A stretch of 64,000 bases of DNA from Octopus vulgaris (GCA_951406725.2 OX597840.1:4712001-4776000), one strand, 5' to 3'; counted from the stretch's first letter, positions 28,207 to 42,934 are shown. The notes: generated by a model not told the origin, from the letters alone. Numbers and translations are program-made.

Positions 28207-31200
28207 ATGACCATTCCGAAATATAACAATATCTGTTTCAACACACGACTTCACATAAAAAATCTTGCACAACAAATATTTAAACGTACTAACGTGAGCC
28301 ACAGCCAGGCTTGCAAGATGCTGAAGAACACTATATTTTGTTGCCTAAAGAAAACTGTGACAACGCAACAGCTTCGTTTTATAAAACAATGTGTCTCGTC
28401 CAGGATATGTATCAACAAGGTCACAGCCAACGTTAAACGGCTTGACCTCACTAACGGACAAGCGGAAAGACTAAAAAGGACGCTAATGGTAAATATTAGA
28501 AATAGAATATACAGAGAGCTGAGCGAACAAGAGAAGCGTAAACGTATATTTTTAAAAGAAATTAAAAGTATCACCACACGAAAGGAGAAAACCTTAATAA
28601 TGGATATAATATATGAAGAAAACAGACATGTAATACACCAATGCAATATCCATTTTAAGAGGAAGTTATCGTGGTTGAAACAGAAACGTCAATATGAGCT
28701 CGCAAAGGAAGAAAAGCAGAAGTATCCAGATACAATAAATGGAATTATTATGGAAGATGTGCTACTACCAGAAGAGTTCAATAAAGACAATGAAGCGAAC
28801 ATCTATGGGGGAGTAACAACGGACCCAGATGAAATATCGATACTTCAACTACCACCAAAGTATGCAGTGTATAGTAAAGTGAATACCATCAAATGCCTGT
28901 CCGAGATTGAAAAGTCGTTCACAAAAATACGTTGGAATTTAAATAGATACTATGACAACAACACTTGCGACAACAACAACAACGCGAAAAACACTAACCG
29001 CAGCAACAACAACACAAACAATAATGACCGCAACAATAACAACCGTAGCAACAAAAGCAACACGAACCCTAACAGCGGCAACAACAACAACAACACGAAC
29101 CCTAACAGCGACAACAACAATAACAATAGAAAAAATGTATGCATAGACACAAACAATAGATACAAAAACAAAAACACAAACAGAGAGAGAAAAATCGTAT
29201 ACAACAGCAACAACAACAACAATTATAGGGAGAACCGACACACAAACACACACACAGATAGCCATAGTCACAAAGACACGAATAAAAGTTGTGTCATAGG
29301 GGTCACGATGGAGAATAAAGTTGAATGCAACAGGATCCTTGGACAGGGAGCCAGCGGACTTGAAACAGATAACAATATTCATAGGAACAAAAATAACGAC
29401 CGCAACAAGGGGATTGACAGGGACCAACAGACAGACATAAAACCCAACACTAATATAAACAACACATATACCAGAAACAGGAACAATGAATATATCACTA
29501 GCGATGATAGTAATAATGGCAATGGTAGGAATAAAGGTAATAACAATAATAGTGGTAGTAGTAGTGGTGATGGTAACAGTAGAAGTAGTAATGAGGATAG
29601 TAGTGATAGTTGTGGTGGTAATAGGAATACTAGTAGTAGTAGTAGTAGTGGTAATGGTGATAATAATAATAGGAAGGCTGATGTTGGAAACAGTAACGAT
29701 AATGAAGATAACCCTAGAGAGACCATTGACATGTATACCCATCCCTTTGACACTCAATTCTTCAACGTATGCGACAAAACTTACTGCATGAACCGAATTT
29801 ATCCAACAACATTACCCTTCAACAAAAGGGTATACATCCCAAGACGTACTAATGACCACATGGAAGCACAGTTCACTATAGCTAGGACCAAACTTAGACA
29901 GATTTTAGGTTTATACATTAAGAGACAGAGACAGAATAAGACAGATGCCCAACAACTCGGGATTAAACCTGCATGTGGCCTACAGAAGCTCATTCAGCGC
30001 ACGAGGAACGGAGAGGTGATATGCCTTCCCACGGATAAGTCAGGCAGGATGTCAATAGACAGCTTACCGAACTACATCCAGGCAATGCAACCTCATATCG
30101 CCAATACAAAAGTAACAACTGTACAGGCGCATGAGGAGAGAGAAAAGGTCCTCAATGCCCACATGATGATGTGGACAATTGTTCTGGGACCTCAGAAACG
30201 TACTGCAAAGAATTTCCAAGCCTGGAACAATGATATCCCGGCACTGTATGGACTTCGCAAGGACCATAAAGGTTTTACTGACCCTATAGCAGGACCACCA
30301 ACAAGACCAGTCTGTGGAGCGAATATCGCTAGCAATTACAGAATCTCCTACTTCCTCTCAATGATCATACGCCCTATAATCAGGATGTCACCTGATGTAT
30401 GTGACAGCACAGAAGATCTCCTAAGCAGGATCAGTGACTGTAACAAAACTTGTGACTTGACAGGATGTATAGTAGGTAGCATGGATGTGGTATCCCTATA
30501 CCCATCGATTGACGTAGATTTTGCAGTGGAGAAGTGCGTGGAGATGATCAACGAGAGCCAGGTGGAGTTCTGTAATGTCGACACAGAAGAACTGGGCCTC
30601 CTACTTAGACTGACATATAATAGTGAATACTTAGATAAACATAATCTTAGTAGTTTCTGCCCCAGTAGATGTTTAAGAGGTAGACCGCCTACAATTACTT
30701 CTATGGCTAGGAAGACACATATAGAAAGATGGCGCGGATGGACCAGAGCCATACGGATCCCCGCAAATGTCCATCAGGTAAAGAAAATGATCGCACATGC
30801 ACTAGGAGCTAGTATAAGAGTTACCCTAAAAGGCCACACATTTAAATTTAATAATAAAATATATGCCCAGGACGAGGGGGCAGCCATCGGTGTTAGTATC
30901 GCTGGTGATGTGGCCAACCTCTTCATGGTATGGTGGGACAGAAGGCTTAAAGAATGCCTACTGCAGAAATCCATACTCGTAAACATGTACTCTCGCTATG
31001 TTGATGATATCAATATAGTAGTAAAGGCACCCCCACAAGAGAGTACGGTTGATATAGTAATAGAAACTAATACTATGGAGAGCATCCAGCAAATAGCTAA
31101 CTCCATCCACCAGAGTATTAAGGTCACAATAGACTACCCCACTAAACACCCCAACCATAGACTACCAGTACTAGACACTGAACTCTGGCTAGAAATTGTG

Positions 31201-32147
31201 AAAAATAAAACCCAAATCCTTCATTCATACTATGCAAAACCTATGGCCTCAAAATACCTGATCCACCGGAACTCAGCCATTGCGGGCAATGCCAAATTCA
31301 ATATTTTGATGGCAGACCTCGTCAGAATAATGAGAAATGTGTCACGCATGTGCAGCCTACAGAATTAAAGAGACACATACAGTATTTCATTCACCGCATG
31401 CAGTTCTCAGGTTACAGCCATAAAGAAAAGATCAGAGTATACAAAGGAGCCATGAAGAAATTTGATAATATATTATGTAATGATAGGAATGGGATTTGCC
31501 CACTCTATAGGAACAAGTCATGGAACACTATAGAAAGGACAAAAAAAAAAAAAAAAAAAAAAAAAAATAAGGAAGGCCAACTCTTGGTATGATAGCCATA
31601 AATACCAGAGTGTCATGTTCGTTGACACCACCCCTGGAGGTGAACTAGCGTACCGCTTTAGAAGGACCCTAGATAAACTTAAACTAAGAATTAAGGTTGT
31701 TGAAAAGCCAGGCAACCCTATCAGATCTATAATTGGTAGAACCTATCCTTTTAGTAGAACTCTCTGTACGGATAACTATTGCACTGTATGTAGATTTAGC
31801 CCACAAACGAACTGTAAAGCCAGAAATGTGGTCTATAGTATAAGATGTATAGAGGGAAGATGCAGTAACAAGACAGTAACATACGTAGGGGAAACTGCAA
31901 GAAGCATTGGTGAGCGGGTGAATGAACATTGGAGACAACTCAAGGAAGGTAAAAGCTCATCGATTCTGTACCAACACGCCGAACAAGAACACGGGGGATC
32001 AATCAATAACATAGAGATTAAGATATTGTCCACACATAGAACAGATGCAACAATTAGACAAATTACAGAAGCTACACATATAATAGAAAATAAACCTAGC
32101 CTGAATAGAAAACTAGAATGGAGCAATAGCGCACACCACAACATATG
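28207..32147 (+). CDS. PLE polyprotein (RT + C-terminal GIY-YIG endonuclease), with two frameshifts at about 31360 and 31541-31567
   Basis: RT motifs [27 protein letters not shown] and YSRYVDD; Cys linker CTDNYCTVC; endonuclease motif NVVYSIRC...[16 protein letters not shown]. Confidence 0.9.
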
Positions 32148-32884
32148 ACAATAGTGGATCCTGCAAACATAATAAATACACAGGTAATTAAAGAAATAGA
32201 AATGAATATCTATATGTATGTATATGTGTATATATATGTATATGTATATGTGTATATGTGTGTGTATATATGTATATATATATATGTATATGTATATGTA
32301 TGTATATATATATATATGTATATGTATATTCTTTTTTTTTTTTTTTTTTTTCTCGATTAGATTTATTATTATTATTACTAATATTGTTGTTATACATACA
32401 TACAAGCATATGTAATGATAATAATGGGTGGATGTAAACACATGAACAAAATTAGAACAAAAGCAACAACAACAAAAACAAAATACAAATTACAAGAATG
32501 TATATAACCAGAAGATACAAATATTACAGACATCCCCCCCCACACACTAAATAAACATAGACGCACATAGAGATATAAGCATGCGCAAATGAAGACATAC
32601 AATAGAAATACAAAATGGCTGACGGTTAGTAAGGAGAGACACAAGTAAGTGAGAAGAAAACAAAGGACCACTGATGCGGTCACAGGAGTGTGACGAAAGA
32701 ACTTTGGCCGAAATAAGATTAAGATTAATGTAAAAAATAAATATCACTGAAGCAAAATAACACCAAATATATAGTGCGTGTGTTTTTATTGGCTAAACTG
32801 GCAATATGACCATTCCGAAATATAACAATATCTGTTTCAACACACGACTTCACATAAAAAATCTTGCACAACAAATATTTAAAC

Positions 32885-32924
<40 letters not shown>

Positions 32925-32944
32925 CGTCACTGTGTTGTCCCCAT

Positions 32945-33275
32945 TGTGCCGACTGCTTCATCTCGGGTAAGGACGATGTACAGCAGTAGCTTGGGTTTCA
33001 AGGGCCCACAGCTGTTTAACTGTCTGCCGAAGCATCTGAGGAGCCTCTATGGAGTGGATGTAGACATTTTCAAACGTGAACTTGACCCCTGGCTCGCCGA
33101 GATCCCGGATGAGCCAATATCAAGGCAAGAAACTCAAAAGAGGGCAGTAACATCGAACGCCATCCTTCACCAAAAGCCGCTCCGACAAAGGTGGAGAGTA
33201 GAAAGATGATCACAATGGCGGTGCTCCAGCATGGCCACAGTCATTGGTCTGAAACATATTAAAGAATAAAAGAAA
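32945..33275 (+). mobile_element. 3' fragment of a related CR1-group LINE
   Basis: Reads SLGFKGPQLFNCLPKHLR...IPDEP, with tail ggcggtgctccagcatggccacagtc...tgaaaca. A similar minus-strand fragment lies at about 18940-19135. Confidence 0.85.
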
Positions 33276-33788
33276 ATCATTTTTGCTTAAATTATGCAAA
33301 TTTACTAAACCATAAATCTGTTCTGTTCTTTTTTGTCCCATGATTTAGACTTACACGTGTAGTCCCTTGACTACCGGAGATAAGATCAAGGAATTATCGT
33401 GCTGATGACGGCTATTGAGGTAGAAACTGGCACGTACACGACTGTTCCCTTATCTCAAGATAGTAATTAGGTCCTTTTCCTCAATGGCATGTCGACTTTG
33501 GAGAAATCTCGATTCTTTAGAGTCTCTCCCCTTTTTATGTGGATCTCTTAATTGCTATTTTTAAAATTACGATACACTCTCCAGAGTTGGAGATAATTTT
33601 AATAAATCAAGAATTTATCTTATATGGTATTTATGATATATGGTATACCTTTATTTGCCTACATTGTTCAAATACATTTCACTCGCCACCCTAAATCATT
33701 TTCCTTTACAATTTTTGTTTAAACACACTCACTCGCGCATGCTGACATACACAGATAAATTGATAAATATATAGGGAGATAGACAGTC

Positions 33789-34085
<297 letters not shown>

Positions 34086-34269
34086 GAAAGAGGCAGGGAA
34101 GATAGAGACGATAGAGACGGAGGAGAGAAATTAAACGAAGAGAAACATTAAAACGTCTGATGTCAAATAAGTCAGCATTGAATTATCGGCGCCGAATAGG
34201 CGGCTCCCCAACAACTACCCAAACTCCTCTTACGCACGATAGGTTGTATTAAGTCACATGCTACTACCT

Positions 34270-34550
34270 GTGGAGGCACATGGCCTAGTGGTTAGAGCAG
34301 CGGATTCTCGGTCGAGGGATCGCGTGTTCGAATCTCAGACCGGGCGATGTGTGTGTTTATGAGCGAAAAACCTAAGCTCCACGCGGCTCCGGCGAACTGC
34401 TGCTGACTCTTTTGCCACAACTTTCTCTCAATCTTTCCTCCTGCATCTTGCAGCTCACCTACGACGGACAGGCGTCCCGTCGTGGTAGGGAACCTATACG
34501 CCAAGGAAACCGGCCCCTTATGAGCCAGGCGCGGCTCGAGAAGGAACAAA
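34270..34550 (+). mobile_element. tRNA-derived SINE family C (head shared with family B, different 3' half)
   Basis: A/B boxes and TSD acatgctactac. A second copy lies at 38735-39030 on the minus strand. Confidence 0.85.
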
Positions 34551-34671
34551 CATGCTACTACTTGTATGTAACCTAATAAAACAACTACAAGAATAATAAT
34601 AAGTAGTAACAATGCAAACTTCATGGATACCCAAGACATGTGTATGTTTCCACTTTTCTTTTCCAATACAG

Positions 34672-34799
34672 TGTCCCCTGAATTTCAGAAAGTTGGCACC
34701 CGAGAAACAAACCACAACCATCCTTGTGTCTAGTACTACACCAATGATAATCCAACTCGCCAAAGCAGCCAATGGAAACAACGTGGAAACAATATGCAA
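34672..34799 (+). CDS. HGSNAT: HGSNAT-like exon, luminal domain
   Basis: Pyrimidine tract plus cag acceptor; reads CPLNFRKLAPEKQTTTILVSSTTPMIIQLAKAANGNNVETIC; gtaggt donor at 34800. Phase 0 to 2 links both neighbouring exons in frame. Confidence 0.85.
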
Positions 34800-34810
34800 G
34801 TAGGTTTTTA

Positions 34811-35352
34811 GGATCTTTTCCTTTTGAACGGCAGTTTGTAACATAATTTCTAGGTAACTAAAAAGTTTTAAACTTCGTATACTGGTAGAATGTGTTTATA
34901 AAACATCATTTTCTCTTGGTTTTATTGAGAAAATTCTATAGTTTGTAAGATATTTCGTCTGAAAATCCGAGCATTTCGGCAATTTTAACCAATCGATTAC
35001 CTCCATTGAACTAGAATCATTTGCTGCGTCTAAAACTGAGACTAACCCTCAACCTAACCCTAACCCTAAATTTTTTTTCTTAATTGTTAAATTAATTTAA
35101 TTGTTAGGGTTAGGTTTAGGGTTAGTTACAGGATGTTGTCTCAGTTTTAGACGCAGCAAATGATTTTAGCTCAAAAGAGAGCATAGGATTGGTTAAAATT
35201 CGAAAAATTAAACTACGTTAAACAAACGAATTACAATTTTCTCAAGAAAGCCAAGAGAAAAAATGTTTTATTTTGACACATTCTACCAGTATACGAAGTT
35301 TTAAAGTGTTTAGTTAACTAGAAATTGTCTGGCGTTCAAAAGGAAAAGATCC
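34811..35352. mobile_element. Foldback MITE with 8-bp TSD (Merlin- or hAT-like)
   Basis: TIRs ggatcttttccttttgaacg / cgttcaaaaggaaaagatcc with long imperfect arms. TSD GGTTTTTA at 34803-34810 and 35353-35360. Confidence 0.85.
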
Positions 35353-35665
35353 GGTTTTTATAATTCAAATCCATTGTTTTAAACACACAAAATAAGAACC
35401 GAAGGTACAATGTTCATGACCTCATCAAAGGCTTCTGAATTTTGGTGGTGGTGGTGGTGGTGGTGATCTTTAATCTTTTACTTACATTATTTACATTATT
35501 TACATTCGACGGATATTTGTCCTTATCTTGTTTGTTGTTAACACGTTTCGGCTGATATACCCTCCAGCCTTCATCTGGTGTCTTTGGGAAATTTCGAAAC
35601 TGAAAGAAGTCCGTATGTATACACACACATACATATATGTATGTGTGTGTATATTTTTGTGTGTC

Positions 35666-36330
<665 letters not shown>

Positions 36331-37536
36331 CATCGAAAAATACCTTATGTATGAGAACCCAGGTTCGAAATTTTTCCGTGACACCCGATAGAGGCTGGAG
36401 GGTATATCAGTCGAAACGTTGTGTTAACAACAAACAAGATGAGGACAAATATCTGTCAATTGTAAATAATGTAAATAAGGTAAATAATTCCTCATCTCTT
36501 AAATATAGAACTGTAGTAATTTATTGATTCTGGATATCGATAGTGTTTAAATGAAAGAGAGCTTGTATGGGTGATCGTCACCGAAGCTGACGAGACCTAA
36601 CAAGACCGAAATAAGGTTGTTTCTTTGGTTGTTAGATTGACACTTACTCTTTCTAGAATGGTTACAACGTCCCCAAACTATTGTAAGACCCTTGAAAGAA
36701 CACTTTCTCATATAGAATTAAATACACAGGCGCCAGACAAGCGAACATTTCGCCCCTTTTCGCCACAAGACTATGACTGCTGCCAGAAATATATATTTTT
36801 TTACTGCTCAGAAGGGGCTAAACATAGAGGGGACAAACAAGGACAGACGAAGGGATTGAGTCGATTATATCGCCCCCAGTGCGAAACTGGTACTTAATTT
36901 ATCGACCCCGAAAGGATGAAAGGCAAAGTTGACCTCGGCGGAATTTGAACTCAGAACGTAACGACAGACGAAATACGCTAAGCATTTCGCCAGGTGCGCT
37001 AACGTGTCTGCCAGCTCGCCGCCTTTTAGAAAGCAAGTTGTAACAATTCCTTTTTAACGGTTGAACTCATAATAGGGATTCGAACCCAAATCTTCTGTAA
37101 ACATGACAGCTGTTCTACCATTGAACTAAAGCAATGCTTTGAATTTCTCTATCAATTTTAGCAACTTCTTTCTTACCAACGAGATTTGTATATTGTTTAT
37201 GTTATTGGAATTAAGAAATTTGAAAGGAATAACTCCTTAAAATCCTTTAAATTGTTTTAGCCCGAAGGCCGCGGCCATGCTGGGGCACCACCGCTGAATG
37301 TAAACTAATTCGTTTTATCGAGATATTTCTTGGTCTCTCGAAGCTTCCACATTCTAACGTGATAAACAACATCCAAAGGGCTTTTTTAACCCAATATTTA
37401 TGCCCTATTATTTATAGCTCTATCTACTTCGAGCTGTTATAAACGAATTATTTCACGTTGTCCTCAATTGCTTATAACGTAAATAAGTATGTCTGTTTTA
37501 TTCTATGATGATTTCTCTTTTGTGGTCCGTTTGCAG

Positions 37537-37652
37537 CATGACTTACCATTTCTTGGAGGGAGGGGACTACTGGACCTTCATCAATTATACCAGTTATACC
37601 AACGGCTACTGCGACATACTACTGGCCAACAAACCAGTCAATCAAAATTATG
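37537..37652 (+). CDS. HGSNAT: HGSNAT-like exon, end of luminal domain
   Basis: ttgcag acceptor; reads MTYHFLEGGDYWTFINYTSYTNGYCDILLANKPVNQNY (cf. human LEYRFGEFGNYSLLV...CDLAVNEDPVDSN); gtaagt donor at 37653; phase 2 to 1. Confidence 0.88.
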
Positions 37653-37835
37653 GTAAGTAATCTATTTTGCGCTGCTTGAAATACAATGAATGCGTGTGCG
37701 TGCGTGCGTGCGTGCGTGCGTGCGTGTGTGTGTGTGTGTGTGTGAAAGAAAGAGAGAGAGAAAGAGAGAATGAAAAAAAGAGAGACAGACGAACCGACAG
37801 AAGACAGAGAAACACACACAGAGACACAGAGAGAA

Positions 37836-37922
<87 letters not shown>

Positions 37923-38591
37923 GTGAGAGAGAGAGAGAGGGGGAGACCACTATGTGGACACGCATATGCTAGAAATAGATCTACTACGGTCTCACCACTA
38001 AGAAATGTTCTCAAGAAAAAATTAGCAAAACAACCAAAACATAATCGAGCAAGACAAAAGAAAAAGTAATAAAAATATGGATTAATCATAGACATGTTTC
38101 ACTATCAACAAATTACGTAATTGTCCGTAGATCATCGGTACGACCGTCCAAGGTGAATATAATTTGCGGGACTGCATACTAGGACGTCCATGCAAAGTCA
38201 GACTTGTAAAACAGTCCTACCCATTACACTTGTGGTTACAATTTCAAATGTCCTCGTTTTGGCGCGCTAAATTACCGGAAAAACTGATGCTGCAGATAAT
38301 ACTTTACTGCAGCGGCCTTTGCCGGTTAGAGAACTTATTAATTTAATTTAAAATTTAAAATGAGGTTGAGAAATTAGATATTAATTTAATTAACATCGAT
38401 TTCACACCAGTGGTCTAGCATAAAAAAAAAACTGAAGGTTCAGTAAAATTGTATTATATATGTATATTAGAGGGAAATTATATATATAAGTTAATCCAAA
38501 CATGAAAACACAAAGAGAAAACGCAACAACACGAGGACGTGGAACAAGTATAGTATTATTGGACGCTCAGGAAAGGAAAGAAAGAAGGAGG

Positions 38592-38626
38592 ATTTAACGT
38601 TTCGAGCGGAGCTCTTCGTCAGAAAC
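38592..38626 (-). ncRNA. Minimal type I hammerhead ribozyme motif
   Basis: Reads GUUU-CUGACGA-A-GAGC(ucc)GCUC-GAAA-CG-UU-AAAU. Confidence 0.65.
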
Positions 38627-39201
38627 ATAGGAAATGGAAAGATCCAAGGAAGGGAAGACAGAGGAAAAAAGTCTCCAACGATACACACGCGGTCACACAA
38701 ACACACACACACACACACACAGACACATACATATGTTTGTTCCTTCTCGAGCCATGCCTGGTTCATAAGAGCCGGTTTCCCGGTTTCCTTGGCGTGTAGG
38801 TTCCCCACCTGGACGGGACGCTGGTCCGTCGCAGGTGAGCTGCAAGATGCAGGAGGAAAGAGTGAAAGTTGTGGTGAAAGAGTCAGCAGAAGTTCGCCAT
38901 TACCTTCTGCCGGAGCCGCGTAGAGCTTAGGTGTTTCGCTCATAAACACACACATCGCCCGGTCTGAGATTCGAACCCGCGATCCCTCGACCGCGAATCC
39001 GCTGCTCTAAGCACTAGGCCATGTGCCTCCACATATACCAGCTTAGCTAGGTGTAAATACACCTAAGGGATATTAAATATCCGAAGAATTTACTGGTTTA
39101 TATGTGGCACTCCGTTGGTTGCGACGACGAGGGTTCTATTTTTCGTAATTTACATACAATTCATACACACATGTACCTATTTACGTTAGAACATTATTTT
39201 A

Positions 39202-39621
39202 TAGGCGCAGGGGTGGCTGTGTGGTAAGTAGCTTGTTTACCAACCACATGGTTCCGGGTTCAGTCCCACTGCGTGGCACCCTGGGCAAGCGTCTTCTACT
39301 ATAGCCTCGGGCCGACCAAAGCCTTGTGAGTGGATTTGGTAGACGGAAACTGAAAAGAAGCCCGTCGTATATATGTATGTATATATATATATATATATGT
39401 GTGTGTGTACTTGTGTGTCTGTGTTTGTCCCCCTAGCATTGCTTGACAACTGATGCTGGTGTGTTTATGTCCCCGTCACTTAGCGGTTCGGCAAAAGAGA
39501 CCGATAGAATAAGTACTGGGCTTACAAAAGAATAAGTCCCGGGGTCGAGTTGCTCGACTAAAGGCGGTGCTCCAGCATGGCCGCAGTCAAATGACGGAAA
39601 CAAGTAAAATAGTAAAAGAGT
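39202..39621 (+). mobile_element. SINE family A copy
   Basis: Full-length copy. Confidence 0.9.
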
Positions 39622-40051
39622 ATACTAATTCAAAACTAAATATTTTAAAATTGTCTTGTAGAATGCAGGGGAGGTAACTATTTTCCCGTTTGTATATACA
39701 AAACGATAAACAAAATCAATTCGATACGGCCAATAAAAAAACCCGCTTTAAATATATACATACAACATGAAGAATGAAATATAATACAAACGAAATGTCC
39801 TACACAAAAACAAAAAGCCAAAACAAAAAATTAAATAAGATATATACGCTATATCTACATATATACCCCATTATTTCATGCATGCATACATACATACATA
39901 CATACATACATACACACACACACATACATGCATGCATACATACATACATATATACATACACACACACACATACATACATATATACATACATACATACATA
40001 CATACATGCATACATACACACATGCATACATACATACACATACATATACAT

Positions 40052-40124
<73 letters not shown>

Positions 40125-40145
40125 CATATATATACATATATACAT

Positions 40146-40218
<73 letters not shown>

Positions 40219-40294
40219 CATACACATATCTATATATACATATAGACCTCTAAATATACACATATATACATATACATCTATAAATATACATAGA

Positions 40295-41010
40295 GTTCCG
40301 CGTTGACCGTTTGGTTCCGTTCAAGCAATTCGTAATGGGTAATCCCTACCCAAGTCCCACCATACGCACAACATCGTTTTACGCGGATGAAGATCTTGTT
40401 TCACTCGCGGTGTCGCTTGTGTACCGGGGCTAAGCCATTCCTTACGCTGCTTCATATTGAAGTACAGGCACCATTTTTCGTCGCCAGTAACAAGAAATTG
40501 TTGCTTGTGTCCATGAGTTGAGCGGTCACTAAAAGCATGCGGAACCATACTCCATACTTCTGAACCTTTCCCATCGAGTAAAGATGTTTCTCTATAGCGG
40601 TGTAGGAGCATTCCATTTTCTCTGTTTGACGAGAATTTTCGTGCAAAACTTGGTTTAATCGCTCTTCATCGAACTCGACTGGACGTCCAGAACGAGGAAT
40701 GTCTTTGAGGTCAAAATTTCCATTTTTGAACTTAGCATACGAATCACGAGCGGTTTTCAGCTATGGCACCCTCTCCATACACAGCAAAGCTTTTGCGGTC
40801 TTAGAACCTTGACTGAAAGCAAAAAGAAGGAGGCGTCGAAAATGCTCGTTTTTCTTAACATTCTATTTTAAGGATCTGAAAATAAACAAAAATTAACTAA
40901 AATTAACTAGAAAAAATGAAAACAAAAACAAAATAGATTCCAAAATGATTTTAAAATAGAATTCTCGAAAAACATAGATTCCAAAGTTTAAAAACGCAAT
41001 AAATTCCATA
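40295..41010 (-). mobile_element. Truncated mariner relic
   Basis: Reads LVTGDEKWCLYFN...HPRKTMLCVWWD. Confidence 0.85.
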
Positions 41011-41165
41011 TATATTAGTATATATTAGATGTATTAGTATAACGCTCAGGAATAGAAAAAGTCTTTTACGTTTCGAGCCTACGCTCTTCTACAGAAAGGG
41101 ACACAGAAAAAACAAGGAGAGAAAAGAAAACGTATATAGTGGCTACCGATCTATCATGGCGACTG

Positions 41166-41251
<86 letters not shown>

Positions 41252-41607
41252 GTGTCTGTGTGTGTTTATATACACATACAGGGTGCGACAGGAGAAATCT
41301 TCCAGATTTACTACCTACCTTTACAGTTACTGTTTAGAAATAAAAAAAACCGTGGAACAGTAGCTATATGAAGACAGTATTATAATCTCTTCAGCTTCAC
41401 TATCAGTAAGAATACAGCAGAAAGAAAATAACGGAGGCTTTTCTACCACAGCTCATATCCAAATTATAGAAATAAGCCGATAGTTTTAAGGGAGAGAACT
41501 CTACTACAAGCACAGAAGAGTTATGTCCCGTTGCTTTGCTGCGGTGCTATTTTGCCGCGCTTATGAAGTGATTAATTTTAGATAGATTTTTATCTTTTTA
41601 TGAATTC

Positions 41608-41823
41608 TTACTCTTTACTCTTTTACTCTTTTACTCTTTTACTTGTTTCAGTCATTTGACTGCGGCCATGCTGGAGCACAGCCTTTAGTCGAGCGACTCG
41701 ACCCCGGGACTTATTCTTTGTAAGCCCAGTACTTATTCTATCGGTCTCTTTTGCCGAACCGCTAGGTGACGGGGACATAAACACACCACTAGGGGGACAA
41801 ACACAGACACACAAACATACACG

Positions 41824-41875
<52 letters not shown>

Positions 41876-42143
41876 TACGACGGGCTTCTTTCAGTTTCCG
41901 TCTACCAAATCCACTCACATGGCTTTGGTCGGCCCGAGGCAGTGGGACTGAACCCATATATATATATATATATATATATGCGACGGGCTTCTTTCAGTTT
42001 CTGTCTACCAAATCCACTCACAAGGCTTTGGTCGGCCCGTGGCTATAGTAGAAGACACTTGACCAAGGTGCCACGCAGTGGGACTGAACCCGGAACCATG
42101 TGGTTGGTAAGCAAGCTACTTACCACACAGCCACTCCTGCGCC
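41608..42143 (-). mobile_element. SINE family A copy with internal partial duplication
   Basis: The segment cgacgggcttctttcag...ggcccg occurs twice, at about 41878 and 41981. Confidence 0.85.
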
Positions 42144-42509
42144 TTGTAGTCCTTTATTTGTTTTATTCCTAGTCTAACCTACCTATGAGGTCAACTAGTT
42201 TGATAAGGAGAATGACATTTTATTGAGGTCAAGGGTTGCAAATGTAAATCAGAAAACACACACATTAACCATACATGTGGTTTTGTGTGTGTGTGTGTGT
42301 GTGTGTTTATGTGTGTGCATGTGCGTGCGCAGTCTTGGCTGTGTGGTAAGAAGTTCGTCTCCTAACCACACGGTTCCGGTTTCAGTCCCACTGTGTTACA
42401 CTTTGGGCAAGCATCTTTTAAAATGGCCTCGGGCCGGCCAAAGTCTCGGAAGTCAATTTGGTAGACGGAAACTGAAAGAAGCTCGCCTTCGCGCGCGCGC
42501 GCACACACG

Positions 42510-42572
<63 letters not shown>

Positions 42573-42890
42573 ACACACATACACATACAAATAACTCCAT
42601 GAAATGAATGCATGTATCAACTAAATCAACAGATATTTGGATAGACAGGTTGATATATGCCTAAAGAAATAGACAGGCATATAGGTAGATAGATGGATAG
42701 AAAGACAGATATATATATTGGTAGAAGGAGAGATATATGGATAGACTGATGGTTTGATAGATAGACTGACAGATAGATAAATAGATTAATAGGTAAATTG
42801 ATGGAAAGATAGATAGTGAGATAGTTAGATAGATAGATGGATAGATAGATAAATAGATAGATAAATTGATGGATAGATAGATAGATATAC

Positions 42891-42934
<44 letters not shown>

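Larger units (their letters stand above)
26863..32887 (+). mobile_element. Penelope-like retroelement (probably Naiad/Chlamys-type) with direct pseudo-LTRs and an inverted 5' pLTR
   Basis: Direct repeats at about 27348-28287 and 31951-32887. An inverted copy at 26863-27350 matches 27745-28232. (TA)n flanks both ends. It contains an RT plus GIY-YIG ORF. Confidence 0.93.

Noticed and set aside
27348-32887. LTR retrotransposon
   Set aside because: There are no TG..CA ends, PBS, gag, protease or integrase; GIY-YIG and the inverted pLTR indicate a PLE.
33397-33435. Hammerhead motif (CTGATGA...GAAAC)
   Set aside because: Stem II does not pair and there is no UH cleavage site; the motif at about 36587-36612 fails the same way.
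35043-35125. Telomere fusion site
   Set aside because: The repeats are few, degenerate and internal to a TSD-flanked MITE.
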